A stretch of 64,000 bases of DNA from a virus. Where the stretch lies: IMG/VR virus record IMGVR_UViG_3300021197_001898. One strand, written 5' to 3'. The notes below the pieces were generated by a model that was not told where the DNA came from, made no database searches, and saw nothing but the letters and a program-made list of their open reading frames with translations. The translations under genes and the position numbers were made by a program. Of the stretch, positions 37,240 through 47,317 are shown piece after piece. How positions within the stretch are numbered: position 1 is the stretch's first letter; each line of letters begins with the position of its first letter.

Positions 37240-40200
37240 CTATTGTTCCTCCTCTTCTTGTTCGTCTTCGCAAATCTTAAATTCTGGTGCTGTTCTTTCT
37301 CCGTCTCGGCACTTAGCTTCTCTCTTCTTTGTCCTGTACTGCTCCCCCTGAAGCTCTGGCATGCCAAGCGCTAATATTCCTACTGGTGTAAGTAGTTTGC
37401 CGTATCTTCTCTCTCCGCCTGTCACTGAATTACTTAGGTGCTCTACAATTCTTAATAGCTCTCCTATGTTGTGTGGAAGAGCTACGACGGCGGCTGGATT
37501 ACCCAGAGCTGCGGCAGCAATAGATCCTAGCGCAATGCTCAAATCAACAGGCCCCTGTAAGTTGAGTGGCGAGTACGCACCTGAGTCGTCAAAACCCCCA
37601 TCTAAGATAACCTCTCCGTCTCTCCAAGGAGGCGTGTATGTTGGGCCACCTCTCAATACTGGAACTGTCATTCCTGCTCTCATCTTGCAGACATCATCAT
37701 CGAACTGCTTCTTTAATTCTTTATATGCGGGATCTAAATAAGCTGCCTGGCCCCTTATTAGCGTCGGGATAGTCATCGCTGCCATCTTGGCAATCATTGG
37801 TGCCATGTCGCCTAATGCGAAACTCGCCTTTTTGCCTGCGCCGTCAGATGCTTGATCTGATATTAACACACTGCGTAACTTTGATCCGCTAGTCTTATTT
37901 TGTGAGTCCATTCCAAAAGTGTCGACATTTCTTAGAGTGAGGGCCAACTTCTTTATAGTTGCTCGTGATGGATCCATAAGAGTCGAAAGCTTTTCAGACT
38001 TGTCCATCAGTATCTGGTTCTGCATCAAATACAGAGCCTGATACCTGTCTAAGGGAAATATGAAATCAAATAGATACTTTATCTCTGTAGATGGGTCGCC
38101 TTCCATCTTCCAAGACGGCGAGATCATCGGGGTGGTGTTCCTTACTCCAAACATCTCAAACCCTAGTGTGTATGTGTGATCCCGCGCTGCTAGCGCTGCA
38201 GCATACCAGTTGTTGGCAATCTCATTTAACATATCGCCGCCGCAAATATCCATCTCTTTGGTTACAATTGGAGTTGGGAACATTATATTCTTTGGCGTTC
38301 CTGAAGAATATGGCGTGTACTCTTCGACGTTTTCATCTTGTCCCTCAACATCAATGTTTAGAGTACGAACAAGAATGTGCGAGGATCCATATGGATAGCT
38401 AGGATTATTCCATCTATTTCTCCACGGGGTCATTCCACCTAAAGCGTTTCTTCGCATAGGAACATCGGTGTCAATGCGAGGGTGAGTATCAGCAATATAA
38501 GATCTTGTCTTCGCGGTTAGTAGCAGCTCATCTATATATTGATTCTCTAAATTTGGTATTGTAGCCATAGCCTGCTGGAAGCGCTCCAGGGCTTCACGGT
38601 CTTCGCGGGTGGCATTGCCGAGTGCAATACGCATTCCGATCGCCATCGCCTCTGCTTGAGTAGGGATATCATCAGGTAATATAAACCCAGATAGTTGAGC
38701 AGGATTGCCGCCGAGGGCCAGAGAGTTTGTAAAAAGATCGCCTTCATTAATAGCGTTTCGAGAATTAACTATACCATCTACATTCGGCGCTCCCCAGCCA
38801 GAGTCTTCTTGATTTCTAGTAATGAACTCGCCGCTCATCTTTCCTGGTAAGAACACCAGCCTCATTCCGGCTTTCATCCCTCCGAGAGCAGAGATTGATC
38901 TTAAGAAATCGTTAAACTCAAAACGGGTTATGCCGAAATCGGGCATATTTGTCATTGGATCTGAATCGATCTCGGATACTGCTCGAAGTAGTGATATTAG
39001 CTCTACGTCGCTAAACACCCCTGCAAACTGCATCGGACTGTATAGGTCTTCTATCATATTGGATCCTGTGAACCTCTTCATGAAAGAGTCGCCGGGGGCG
39101 ATCCATTGATTTACGACCTCTTCCGAAAATCTATAATATGTCTCAACATAGAACTTTCCTTGTTCCAGATCCTTTAAAGCGTCCGTGTCTGTGCCGCCCA
39201 ACGGTGCTGCGTGCAGACCACCAAAAGAATTGTGCAATGGAACGAAGCCTCTACGGGTGCCACTCAAGCGGTTGCGGGTGCGAGGGGCAATGTTCTTTAG
39301 TGGTTGAACGCTTCTTGCGCCGGCCATCAGCTCTACAAGATACTCCTCTTTAAACGAATTGCTTCTCGGGGCAAAGACTCTATTTATTGTTTCGATAAAG
39401 GTTTGATCTTCCATAACTTGCGATATGATCGTCTTGATGGCGATCTTAAGATCTGTATCGTTACCTGCTTTTCTTATTTCTTCTAGAAATTGTTCCCTTG
39501 ATGCCATATCGAGAGACATATCAGTGTTTACAGAATCGAGCAAAAAGTCTGAAAAGTATTCCTTTATAAAATCATTGTTAAAGAACCCCTCTGGTCCATA
39601 CTCTGAGAATACAAACAACCCTCTTAACAGGAACTCTATAACATATGTCTTAGCGTACAAGAGGCACATATGCGATCCCATAGAGTTTTCTAGTGGGCCT
39701 GGCTTAGAGAAGTCCCTGTTTTCTGGCAGGTTTTCCGAACTGGATAACGACTGTGTGTACTTTTCTACTAATTCTTTTCTTATCTTTTCGAAGTCAACGA
39801 ATGGCTCGTTTTCGACAAAACATATATTTCCTTCAGAATCCGTGCTCTCGATGAACTCTGCAGTGATGAGATTACCCAATTCCATTAACTGCTCTGTGTT
39901 AAAGAATCTAGATTCGCTTATCTTGTTTGTTATTTTTTCTTGAAACTTGTCAACCATGTGCTCATATGCACTAGTGGCAACTTCGTCGCTCGGATCGACG
40001 AATCCCTGTAATTTGTTCCACACAGGATTATTAAATCCTTCGACATTGGGTGAAATGTCCGCCTCGTTCGGGTCAATTGAATTTCTGATTTCTGTCCAGG
40101 AATCCAAGAACATATCAGCGAAGGCGCCAGGCCTGGCTAGCTTGAATCTTGCCTGTGCTATATCTCTTGCTGCGAGTCTTATTTGCCTTATATCTTCCGG

Positions 40201-43200
40201 AATAGAACTTGTAAATGTTCTGCCCTTCCACAAAGAAACCGAGCTTCCCTCAGTTAAAAGACGTGAGGGCCGATGGATATTATAGCAGTCCTTTATGTCC
40301 TCATTTTCAAATGGAATCTCTTGATATGTTATAAAGCTGGAGCCTTCTGAATCTACCGGTATTTTTATCTCTAAGTTTCTGTCTTCAACTCGGCGGCGGG
40401 ACTCCGGAGATGGCACATATTGCATATTTGGATTAATAAAATCAAATGCAGACTCTGCTCTCTTTCTTATAAAGTCGACTTGAACACCGTTGCGCACGGT
40501 CATTAGATCAGGGTTTTCAAGAATATCCTGCAGCCAAGGAAGCACCTTTGCATCTGGACTAATGTTTCTCAATGGAAACGTCATAATATCTGTTATTGTC
40601 TTTATGTCTTGAGGATCTTGAAGATCAAAGTACACATAGTTACCCTCTGCATCTAATCTTGCTTCGCAGTACTTTTCACCGTTTTGCCTCAAGCGAAGAT
40701 TGCTTGGTTGCTGTATTTTGTTTGCTCCCTCTTGACGACGAGCAATATCTGCCCTAATCACCGACAAGACCCGTTCTTTGTGTATGCCGCCAGTTCCTAC
40801 GCCACCATTGGGTACTGCAGTCCCGGTTTCGACGTTTCCGAGTCTAACATAATATCGAGTATGCATATCTCTGCCCCTTTGGACGCTGTAGTCGGCGATA
40901 GTGAAGACTGCTCCCAAAAAGAGTTCACTAAACACCCGTATTTCATCGTTTGCTTCATCAAAGTCATCGATGATTTGGGCCATGTCGCCGATCTCTTCTG
41001 ACTGGCCCTCCATCGATTGCACTTGTTGCTTGACAAACTCATATTCGGCAGAAGCAATAGGATCAAAGCCTGGGTCGCCTTCCCCCATTTGAGAATAAAC
41101 AGTGTCCGTCAAACTAGGGACGTAAGACACTAGATCATTCTTTACCATCAATTCAACATTTTCCAAGACTGTCTTTATTGCTAATTCAGCCATCTGTTTT
41201 GACAAGTCATTGTCGTATGGGCTTGGCATGCCGGCTTCTCCGGGAGAAGGTATCATACCATCTAGAGGATCTTTATCAAACAAGCTCTTAAGAGCTTCTC
41301 TTCTTTCTGCTGCGTCAGCAAGAGCGCTAGAGATCTCTTCCGAAGTAGCCCTTTCTGATTCCAGTCTAGACCTCAGCGATGTGTTGCTATTCGGATCTGG
41401 ACAAAGTACGTCTCCCAAGATTATGTTGGAGGTATTAGAAACCCTATTGCACAAGTCTGGGTCGACAAATTTTCCTAATAGCATAAAAAATGTAGTTATG
41501 TCAGCCTCGTTTCTGAAGTAGTTTGCTAAACTTTGGTGCTTAGTTCTTATAAGCTCCATCACTATCGCCAAAACTTCTGCGTCAGCGGTTCCGTCTAGCA
41601 GTGAGCAAAGCTCTGCTGGAGCCAGTGCGATGGCTAGGTCATCGAACAGGTCTGCCAACCCTGGATAGGCATCTTGTGGGATGTCCATTTCCTGTAAAAC
41701 AGTAGCTGCGTCCTGCATAACTTTCAACTTTTGTCCGTTCTTCTCTCCTGGCCAGAGGTCTTCCCACGCTGCTTTACCAAATTCTAACAGATCCTGACAG
41801 TCTGGAAATCTTATTAGATCTAATATTCCTCTCACTAATCCACAAAGAAATGATAAAATTAAATCTGCAAGAGCCAATTCAATTCTTGGGATGATTATTG
41901 CCATCGGATCAAAGCTCGGAATCCTTGGAAGTTCTGGAATCTTGAAATTAAAATCCCAATTGAAATGCGGAGGCCAAGGAAGATCCGGTATACAGGAAGC
42001 GTAATCACAGAACAACGCGGGGAAATCGAACTTATCTAGAAACTCTTCAAATAAAGCATCCAATGTACACAACTCTATAGTCGGAACGGGGTCGACTATT
42101 GCATATGTTTTGTTTCTTTCTACTCTTATTATGCCCTCTCTCCATCTGCGTGCTAATGGACCGTTACCTTCAAGGTTTAAGTCTTCTTTTAGCCTCTCGT
42201 CTGCCCTCTTTATTGGCCCTGCAATGTCTATCTTTGGCTCTTTAATGTCAAATATCGGCTTTGGCTCTCGCGGAAGTATAATCAAAGATGGTCGCGTAAA
42301 CTTTTGCATCACGTCTAGTGCGTTTATTGCTGGATCTAAACTCTGTGGTCCATCCCCCATCAAACACGAAGCAGCAAAATTATTCGCCTTTTCGTACAAC
42401 GAGTGAAGATTCATAAAATAATGCATTGTTCTCGGGACATTGAATGGATACTTTTGACCTAAGGCGATAGTACCCTGCAGCATTGGGATTTTATCTTTAC
42501 CTTCTGGCTCGTAATCTGCAAATAGGCAGATTCCACCAGCAGTATCAGAGACCTTTATTGGCTCTTGTGGTTTCCCTGCGTTCGGACCAGCAGCAAAAGG
42601 AGGCATTGGGATGCTCCTGATCATAGGGACCTCTTCAAAATTCATCCACAATCCGTTATCTCCGCGCATATAATCTCTCTTAACGTATCCGTTCCCAGAC
42701 AATAGAGAAGTCAACGCCGGTTTAAGCGCCCTCAGGTGTTTTGCTTCTTCGCTCATATCTACGTATGGGCGCATTCGGCCTCCATTTTTTCTCCAACCTT
42801 GCACCTCTACTTGAAATGTGTCAAACATCTCTGCAACCTTTTCTATCATCTCGTTCACTTTGTTGAGAGGATAGAATACGTTAGTCGGATAACTCTCTAC
42901 ATCTGATTGCATAGCTTCTATTTGCGCGATAAATGCAGATTGTTGTGCTTTGGAAAGTGCGAGTGGGCCAACACCAGATCCGAATTGTTTTGCCATCTCT
43001 GCATTTCTGGAGTATTTCTTTGCGGCACCCCAGGCGGAGGCTGCGCCTTGTTCTATTGCTTCCTTTTTATTTTTCTTTGCCCACTGCATACCCTTGGCGA
43101 CTCCGGAAGCGCGGTCATTAATCTCGTTTACTATTGCTTCTTTTCGTTCATTCGCAGCTTGGCCGGCGTCGGCGGCGCGGTCAGGAAATGACGCAACTGC

Positions 43201-45537
43201 TTCCCCAATAGCATTCGCAGCATCTCTAGCTGCTGCGATCGTCTGCCCGATTGTAAAGGTACGGGATTCGATGGTTGGGATCTTATCGAACAAATCTCTT
43301 CTGACTCTTATCTCCAGCTTCCAAGTCGAGTTAGGTCGTCGGGTAGGTCCATGGAATCTCTCCACATTCGCGAAGTTTGGATGTGCTCCAGCGGTGAGAC
43401 TTTGACCAAACAAAACATCAACCTTCGGAGTGTTTTCGTCTTCTCTGTATCCTAAGTTCTCCGCCAAACTTTGACCGACCACTGTCATTGTGAAAACTTG
43501 ATCGTCTGCCATCTTTTGTTGAATTTTATTCTGATACATCAATATAGAATCATATACCCGGTGCTCTTCCCGATTACCATACACCTTCCAAGTCTTGGAT
43601 CGAGCGTGATAGTCACACAAAGCCAAAACAGACGTTCTTAGTGCCTCCTCTGCGTGTTCCGAGTACCATCTCTGCAAGGTTTCCGGCTTGTCGCTGTTTA
43701 TATCCTCTCTTGTCGCCCTCGTGTTGTAAATATAGTAGTGATATTTGCCGTCACTCCAAGGGGGGTTTTCCCCGTCTCCAATTATTCTCTTCTCCAAAGC
43801 ATTCTTGGGGATGTCTGGAGGAGTCAACGGATCGACTATGGCTCCAGCATTATTAATGTTGTGATCGTAGACTTCGCCGAGAGCGATGGCTATAGCGCCT
43901 TCCCTTTGCATGATCAAGAAACTTAGAGGACCAACTTGTCCATAATCTGCAGCAAGCTCTTCATTCATTGCTGGCTGAACTGGCGTCGGTAGTTGGTCAG
44001 CCTGAAGATCTTTTAATGCTAGATCATATAAGTCGTTAACTTTGCTGTCTTGCCAACTTAAAAGCGACTTCTTTGTCTTTTCATCGAAGACGTCACCATC
44101 AGAAGGATCAAAGCCAAGAAACCTCTTTATAACCTGGACTTGTATACTCTTGTCTCCCTTTCTAATGGGAAGCTTAAACTCTATACTTCTCCCTTTGCCA
44201 TCAACAACTATAAAGTATTTTGAATTAAGAAGCTGTCCACGTACATCCGGATCCGGAGCGCTAGCTAATCTTCTTACTTCCTCGTCTCTTAGGCGGGCGT
44301 CGTCTGCGACGAGTTGATCAATACGGTTCAACTCCACTCTTATCGACTGTATAAAAGCACGAAAACCCTCAACTCTTCCGGACCAGTCTGGATCTATTAA
44401 CGAAGGCTCCTGAACAAGGGATATGTAAACTTGAACGCTGAAAGCCTCGGGACCGAGCTTTTTATTCATAATGCCGAGTTGCAATTTTAATTCATCATAC
44501 TCTTCATTAACAAAATCCGGAGAGGGGAACGGAGCAACCGGGTAAGCTGCTTCGTGCTGACGTATAATGTCCTGCCTTATCGTCTCTATCTCTCCCAAAA
44601 GTTGATCAATTATCTCAACATATATTAAGCTTTCATCCAATCGTACTGCGGCGCCAACTTCAGATTGAAGAGCTGCCAGGCGCTCCTGCGGTGTTGGCCC
44701 AGCCTCTGGAAGGTCACCTGTCTCGGATATTAGGTTTATCTCTGACCATCTTTGTTGTATTGCGTTACTTACGTTTTGCCCGATCAAACTTCTTGGGCCT
44801 TCTTGCGCTCCAGATTCTGGGTCTAGATTATAAAAGATGTGTGTTCGAGTGTCGCCAGAAACATTTGCATCGAAGACAATTCTGCTTATTGTCACTCCAA
44901 GCTCTTCACTTAAGAGTTCATTGTACGTTGAGCTTCTGCCTGCTAATGCTGCATCCATCGCGCCTTGCTGGCCCCCTACTTCGGAGATGGGATATAGTCT
45001 TATAGCGCGTGACTTCATATCTATCAGCTTTTCAACAAGCTCAGATGGCGAACCCATCCTTCTACGAGCTTGTGAATCAGTACGCGAGTTTTCCTCGTCG
45101 GAGGGGGTAACTGAGGCCGCGTCTGACTGGCGGCGGGCTAAATCTTCTTGCGCTTGTTGTACATAGTTGGAAGGTGGATCTTCAGATATTTGCCTTTCAA
45201 TATCCATCACTGCACGCTCAAACGCTGCAGCTTGCCCGATCTCTATTCGGATTCCCAAGAACTGTACTGTTGAAGAGTATCTCTTTTCGTATTCTGGATT
45301 GTCACGAAACTTCCAAATTGACTCGACCAAGACTGCAACAGCACCGGGGTCGCCGAGCGGAATGTTTTCTTTGCTTCTGTTTTCATAGAAATACTCTTCT
45401 GAGTCTTCGATCGCTTCGGACCAGTCATCGTCACTTACTCCAATCTCATTAAACCTACGGCCAGTCCATTCTATCGTACTTACTGCTGTTCTTGATTCCC
45501 ATGAGGAGTACTCTTCTCTAGTTGCCCTAGTTGACAT
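37240..45537 (-). CDS. Giant tail-associated protein (tape-measure/ejection-like) with a peptidoglycan-binding-like domain
   Basis: 2765 aa, mostly helical. LPIRKGDKSIQVQVIKRFLGFDPSDGDVFDEKTKKSLLSWQ (about 44051-44174) fits the PG_binding_1 pattern; there are Ala-rich helices and hydrophobic segments near the C-terminus. Confidence 0.55.
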   Translation of the reverse strand: MSTRATREEYSSWESRTAVSTIEWTGRRFNEIGVSDDDWSEAIEDSEEYFYENRSKENIPLGDPGAVAVLVESIWKFRDNPEYEKRYSSTVQFLGIRIEIGQAAAFERAVMDIERQISEDPPSNYVQQAQEDLARRQSDAASVTPSDEENSRTDSQARRRMGSPSELVEKLIDMKSRAIRLYPISEVGGQQGAMDAALAGRSSTYNELLSEELGVTISRIVFDANVSGDTRTHIFYNLDPESGAQEGPRSLIGQNVSNAIQQRWSEINLISETGDLPEAGPTPQERLAALQSEVGAAVRLDESLIYVEIIDQLLGEIETIRQDIIRQHEAAYPVAPFPSPDFVNEEYDELKLQLGIMNKKLGPEAFSVQVYISLVQEPSLIDPDWSGRVEGFRAFIQSIRVELNRIDQLVADDARLRDEEVRRLASAPDPDVRGQLLNSKYFIVVDGKGRSIEFKLPIRKGDKSIQVQVIKRFLGFDPSDGDVFDEKTKKSLLSWQDSKVNDLYDLALKDLQADQLPTPVQPAMNEELAADYGQVGPLSFLIMQREGAIAIALGEVYDHNINNAGAIVDPLTPPDIPKNALEKRIIGDGENPPWSDGKYHYYIYNTRATREDINSDKPETLQRWYSEHAEEALRTSVLALCDYHARSKTWKVYGNREEHRVYDSILMYQNKIQQKMADDQVFTMTVVGQSLAENLGYREDENTPKVDVLFGQSLTAGAHPNFANVERFHGPTRRPNSTWKLEIRVRRDLFDKIPTIESRTFTIGQTIAAARDAANAIGEAVASFPDRAADAGQAANERKEAIVNEINDRASGVAKGMQWAKKNKKEAIEQGAASAWGAAKKYSRNAEMAKQFGSGVGPLALSKAQQSAFIAQIEAMQSDVESYPTNVFYPLNKVNEMIEKVAEMFDTFQVEVQGWRKNGGRMRPYVDMSEEAKHLRALKPALTSLLSGNGYVKRDYMRGDNGLWMNFEEVPMIRSIPMPPFAAGPNAGKPQEPIKVSDTAGGICLFADYEPEGKDKIPMLQGTIALGQKYPFNVPRTMHYFMNLHSLYEKANNFAASCLMGDGPQSLDPAINALDVMQKFTRPSLIILPREPKPIFDIKEPKIDIAGPIKRADERLKEDLNLEGNGPLARRWREGIIRVERNKTYAIVDPVPTIELCTLDALFEEFLDKFDFPALFCDYASCIPDLPWPPHFNWDFNFKIPELPRIPSFDPMAIIIPRIELALADLILSFLCGLVRGILDLIRFPDCQDLLEFGKAAWEDLWPGEKNGQKLKVMQDAATVLQEMDIPQDAYPGLADLFDDLAIALAPAELCSLLDGTADAEVLAIVMELIRTKHQSLANYFRNEADITTFFMLLGKFVDPDLCNRVSNTSNIILGDVLCPDPNSNTSLRSRLESERATSEEISSALADAAERREALKSLFDKDPLDGMIPSPGEAGMPSPYDNDLSKQMAELAIKTVLENVELMVKNDLVSYVPSLTDTVYSQMGEGDPGFDPIASAEYEFVKQQVQSMEGQSEEIGDMAQIIDDFDEANDEIRVFSELFLGAVFTIADYSVQRGRDMHTRYYVRLGNVETGTAVPNGGVGTGGIHKERVLSVIRADIARRQEGANKIQQPSNLRLRQNGEKYCEARLDAEGNYVYFDLQDPQDIKTITDIMTFPLRNISPDAKVLPWLQDILENPDLMTVRNGVQVDFIRKRAESAFDFINPNMQYVPSPESRRRVEDRNLEIKIPVDSEGSSFITYQEIPFENEDIKDCYNIHRPSRLLTEGSSVSLWKGRTFTSSIPEDIRQIRLAARDIAQARFKLARPGAFADMFLDSWTEIRNSIDPNEADISPNVEGFNNPVWNKLQGFVDPSDEVATSAYEHMVDKFQEKITNKISESRFFNTEQLMELGNLITAEFIESTDSEGNICFVENEPFVDFEKIRKELVEKYTQSLSSSENLPENRDFSKPGPLENSMGSHMCLLYAKTYVIEFLLRGLFVFSEYGPEGFFNNDFIKEYFSDFLLDSVNTDMSLDMASREQFLEEIRKAGNDTDLKIAIKTIISQVMEDQTFIETINRVFAPRSNSFKEEYLVELMAGARSVQPLKNIAPRTRNRLSGTRRGFVPLHNSFGGLHAAPLGGTDTDALKDLEQGKFYVETYYRFSEEVVNQWIAPGDSFMKRFTGSNMIEDLYSPMQFAGVFSDVELISLLRAVSEIDSDPMTNMPDFGITRFEFNDFLRSISALGGMKAGMRLVFLPGKMSGEFITRNQEDSGWGAPNVDGIVNSRNAINEGDLFTNSLALGGNPAQLSGFILPDDIPTQAEAMAIGMRIALGNATREDREALERFQQAMATIPNLENQYIDELLLTAKTRSYIADTHPRIDTDVPMRRNALGGMTPWRNRWNNPSYPYGSSHILVRTLNIDVEGQDENVEEYTPYSSGTPKNIMFPTPIVTKEMDICGGDMLNEIANNWYAAALAARDHTYTLGFEMFGVRNTTPMISPSWKMEGDPSTEIKYLFDFIFPLDRYQALYLMQNQILMDKSEKLSTLMDPSRATIKKLALTLRNVDTFGMDSQNKTSGSKLRSVLISDQASDGAGKKASFALGDMAPMIAKMAAMTIPTLIRGQAAYLDPAYKELKKQFDDDVCKMRAGMTVPVLRGGPTYTPPWRDGEVILDGGFDDSGAYSPLNLQGPVDLSIALGSIAAAALGNPAAVVALPHNIGELLRIVEHLSNSVTGGERRYGKLLTPVGILALGMPELQGEQYRTKKREAKCRDGERTAPEFKICEDEQEEEEQ

Positions 45538-47305
45538 TGTTGTACTTACTCCTTATTGGTTTCTTGGCGCCCGGTCCAGTATAAAGCTGTTTGACTCTCG
45601 CTATATTGAATTTCTGTGCTGCGGCGGAGAAGGTGTCTATACTTGCCAACTTTACAAGAGACGCAATGGCGACTGGTGTCAAGGTTGGTGATGGGAGGGT
45701 TGGTGCTCCAAAAAATGGCGATGGGTGAAAATGTGTAGACAATGCCGCATCTAACTGTGCCACGTTTGAAACAACGTGAGACAGTGTTCCCACAACTTCA
45801 CTAAGAACTGACGCCATATCTTCTATACACTCTCTCATATTGCCTCCCAGGACCATCGGTTGTAGTGACTTTTCATCATTTCCGGCTATTATGTCTATAC
45901 CACGTATCTTCGTTATTGGCCCACCTTGAGAGTTCATTTTGTCGGCGCGGGTTACAAGCTTTATACCCTCTCTAGCCATTATTCTTATCCCATCAGCCTT
46001 CATCGCTATTGCTGATCTAGCCTCAGCCAGTCCAACCTTGCCTGCTTTAAGATTAAAGTTTTTGTCTACGTCTGTTTTCTGGCTTATATAGATCCTGGCA
46101 GCATCGCACTGAACTTGGTCACCCTTTTGTGTTAGGTTGAACATTGGGTCAACTTCTGTTCTCTTTCCATCTTCACCTACGGATGTCGGATTGGGAGACA
46201 TCCTACCAACAACTATATCAATAGCTCCGCATTGAGTGTTGCCGCGACCGCCGTACCCGCTAGCGCGGGAGGCCTTTTCTGGATCTGCCCTGTCACGACC
46301 CATAACAATCCAAGTATTATACTTATGAGAGATGACTTTTTCGTTTCTTGCTTGGACAAAGCCTGGACAAGGATCGAGAGCGTGAGGATCGCCTGCGATG
46401 CCCCTGTTTCGATCTGCCTCCTTCTTGCTCATCGTTGAAATCTTGGCTTCTGCCTCTTTCGAGATGCCTTTCGACTGGACTGCCCTCTTTCTTTTCGGAG
46501 TTGCTGGTGGGCGCTTAGCCTCTTTATCTCTCTCCTCGTCTACGTCAGTGTCGGGATTTCCTTCTGAGTCTGCGTCCTCTGTGGAGGCAGCCTCTGATGC
46601 TGTTATTCTTTCTGGCTCTCCCCTGTCATCAAAGAAAGAGTTAGGTATTGAAAAATCATTCCCTGCAACAAGACCGGTTTCTCCCAAAAGACTGCCGTAG
46701 TCTTCCACCTCTTCTGCCAGAGCCTGCGGATCTAAGTCAGCAGGAGTTGCGGTATTTCTGTCCATCCCTGCAATAAACTGTGGTAATTGGCCTATTGGAG
46801 GTGGGGCTTTCTTTATTTTTACCTCTGGAGGCTCGGCTGGGCCGATAGTTGCCTGAATCTCTGGTGGTCCGTCGTGTAGTGTAAAGCCTTCTTCAGTTTT
46901 AAGGCTTCGGTCTTCGACCACAACGGTCATTGCTTCAAACGAAGGCCTCCCGTCTTCTGAAGTTTTGATTTTTGGTTCAGACCCTGTCGCTGTTTTCAAC
47001 TCTTCTTCGGTGTATGCCTCTACCAGGCCTCCTGCTGTTTCGGGGGTGGAGCCAGGCATTGCTGACATCTCTGCAAAGTTCTCAATGGTGTACGAGACCA
47101 TCCCACCGTCAGGGTTGCTTCGGTGATATTGGTCCAAGAACGCTTCGACATGTTGAATTCCAGACATTTGCCCTTCTGGAGCTGTCCGTGTGGGTGCTGC
47201 ATCTATATCATTTTGGCTGAGGACACGGCCAGAGGCCGTATCGTATAAGACAACTTTTATAGTTTTTCCATCTATGCTTTTTGCGTGAGCTTTTACTTTT
47301 ATCAT
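45527..47305 (-). CDS. Central spike / baseplate hub protein (gp5/gpV-like) with acidic N-terminal extension
   Basis: Beta-repeat-like C-terminal half (ARIYISQKTD...ADGIRIMAREGIKLVT) and an HxH motif (THFHP, 45725-45733) near the C-terminus. Confidence 0.6.
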   Translation of the reverse strand: MIKVKAHAKSIDGKTIKVVLYDTASGRVLSQNDIDAAPTRTAPEGQMSGIQHVEAFLDQYHRSNPDGGMVSYTIENFAEMSAMPGSTPETAGGLVEAYTEEELKTATGSEPKIKTSEDGRPSFEAMTVVVEDRSLKTEEGFTLHDGPPEIQATIGPAEPPEVKIKKAPPPIGQLPQFIAGMDRNTATPADLDPQALAEEVEDYGSLLGETGLVAGNDFSIPNSFFDDRGEPERITASEAASTEDADSEGNPDTDVDEERDKEAKRPPATPKRKRAVQSKGISKEAEAKISTMSKKEADRNRGIAGDPHALDPCPGFVQARNEKVISHKYNTWIVMGRDRADPEKASRASGYGGRGNTQCGAIDIVVGRMSPNPTSVGEDGKRTEVDPMFNLTQKGDQVQCDAARIYISQKTDVDKNFNLKAGKVGLAEARSAIAMKADGIRIMAREGIKLVTRADKMNSQGGPITKIRGIDIIAGNDEKSLQPMVLGGNMRECIEDMASVLSEVVGTLSHVVSNVAQLDAALSTHFHPSPFFGAPTLPSPTLTPVAIASLVKLASIDTFSAAAQKFNIARVKQLYTGPGAKKPIRSKYNNVN

Positions 47306-47317
47306 ATCTCTACTCTT

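Noticed and set aside
36846-37367. 173-aa version of the gp25-like gene
   Set aside because: The extra 43 aa overlap the end of the 2765-aa gene; ATG 37238, right after the upstream stop, gives a typical gp25 length.
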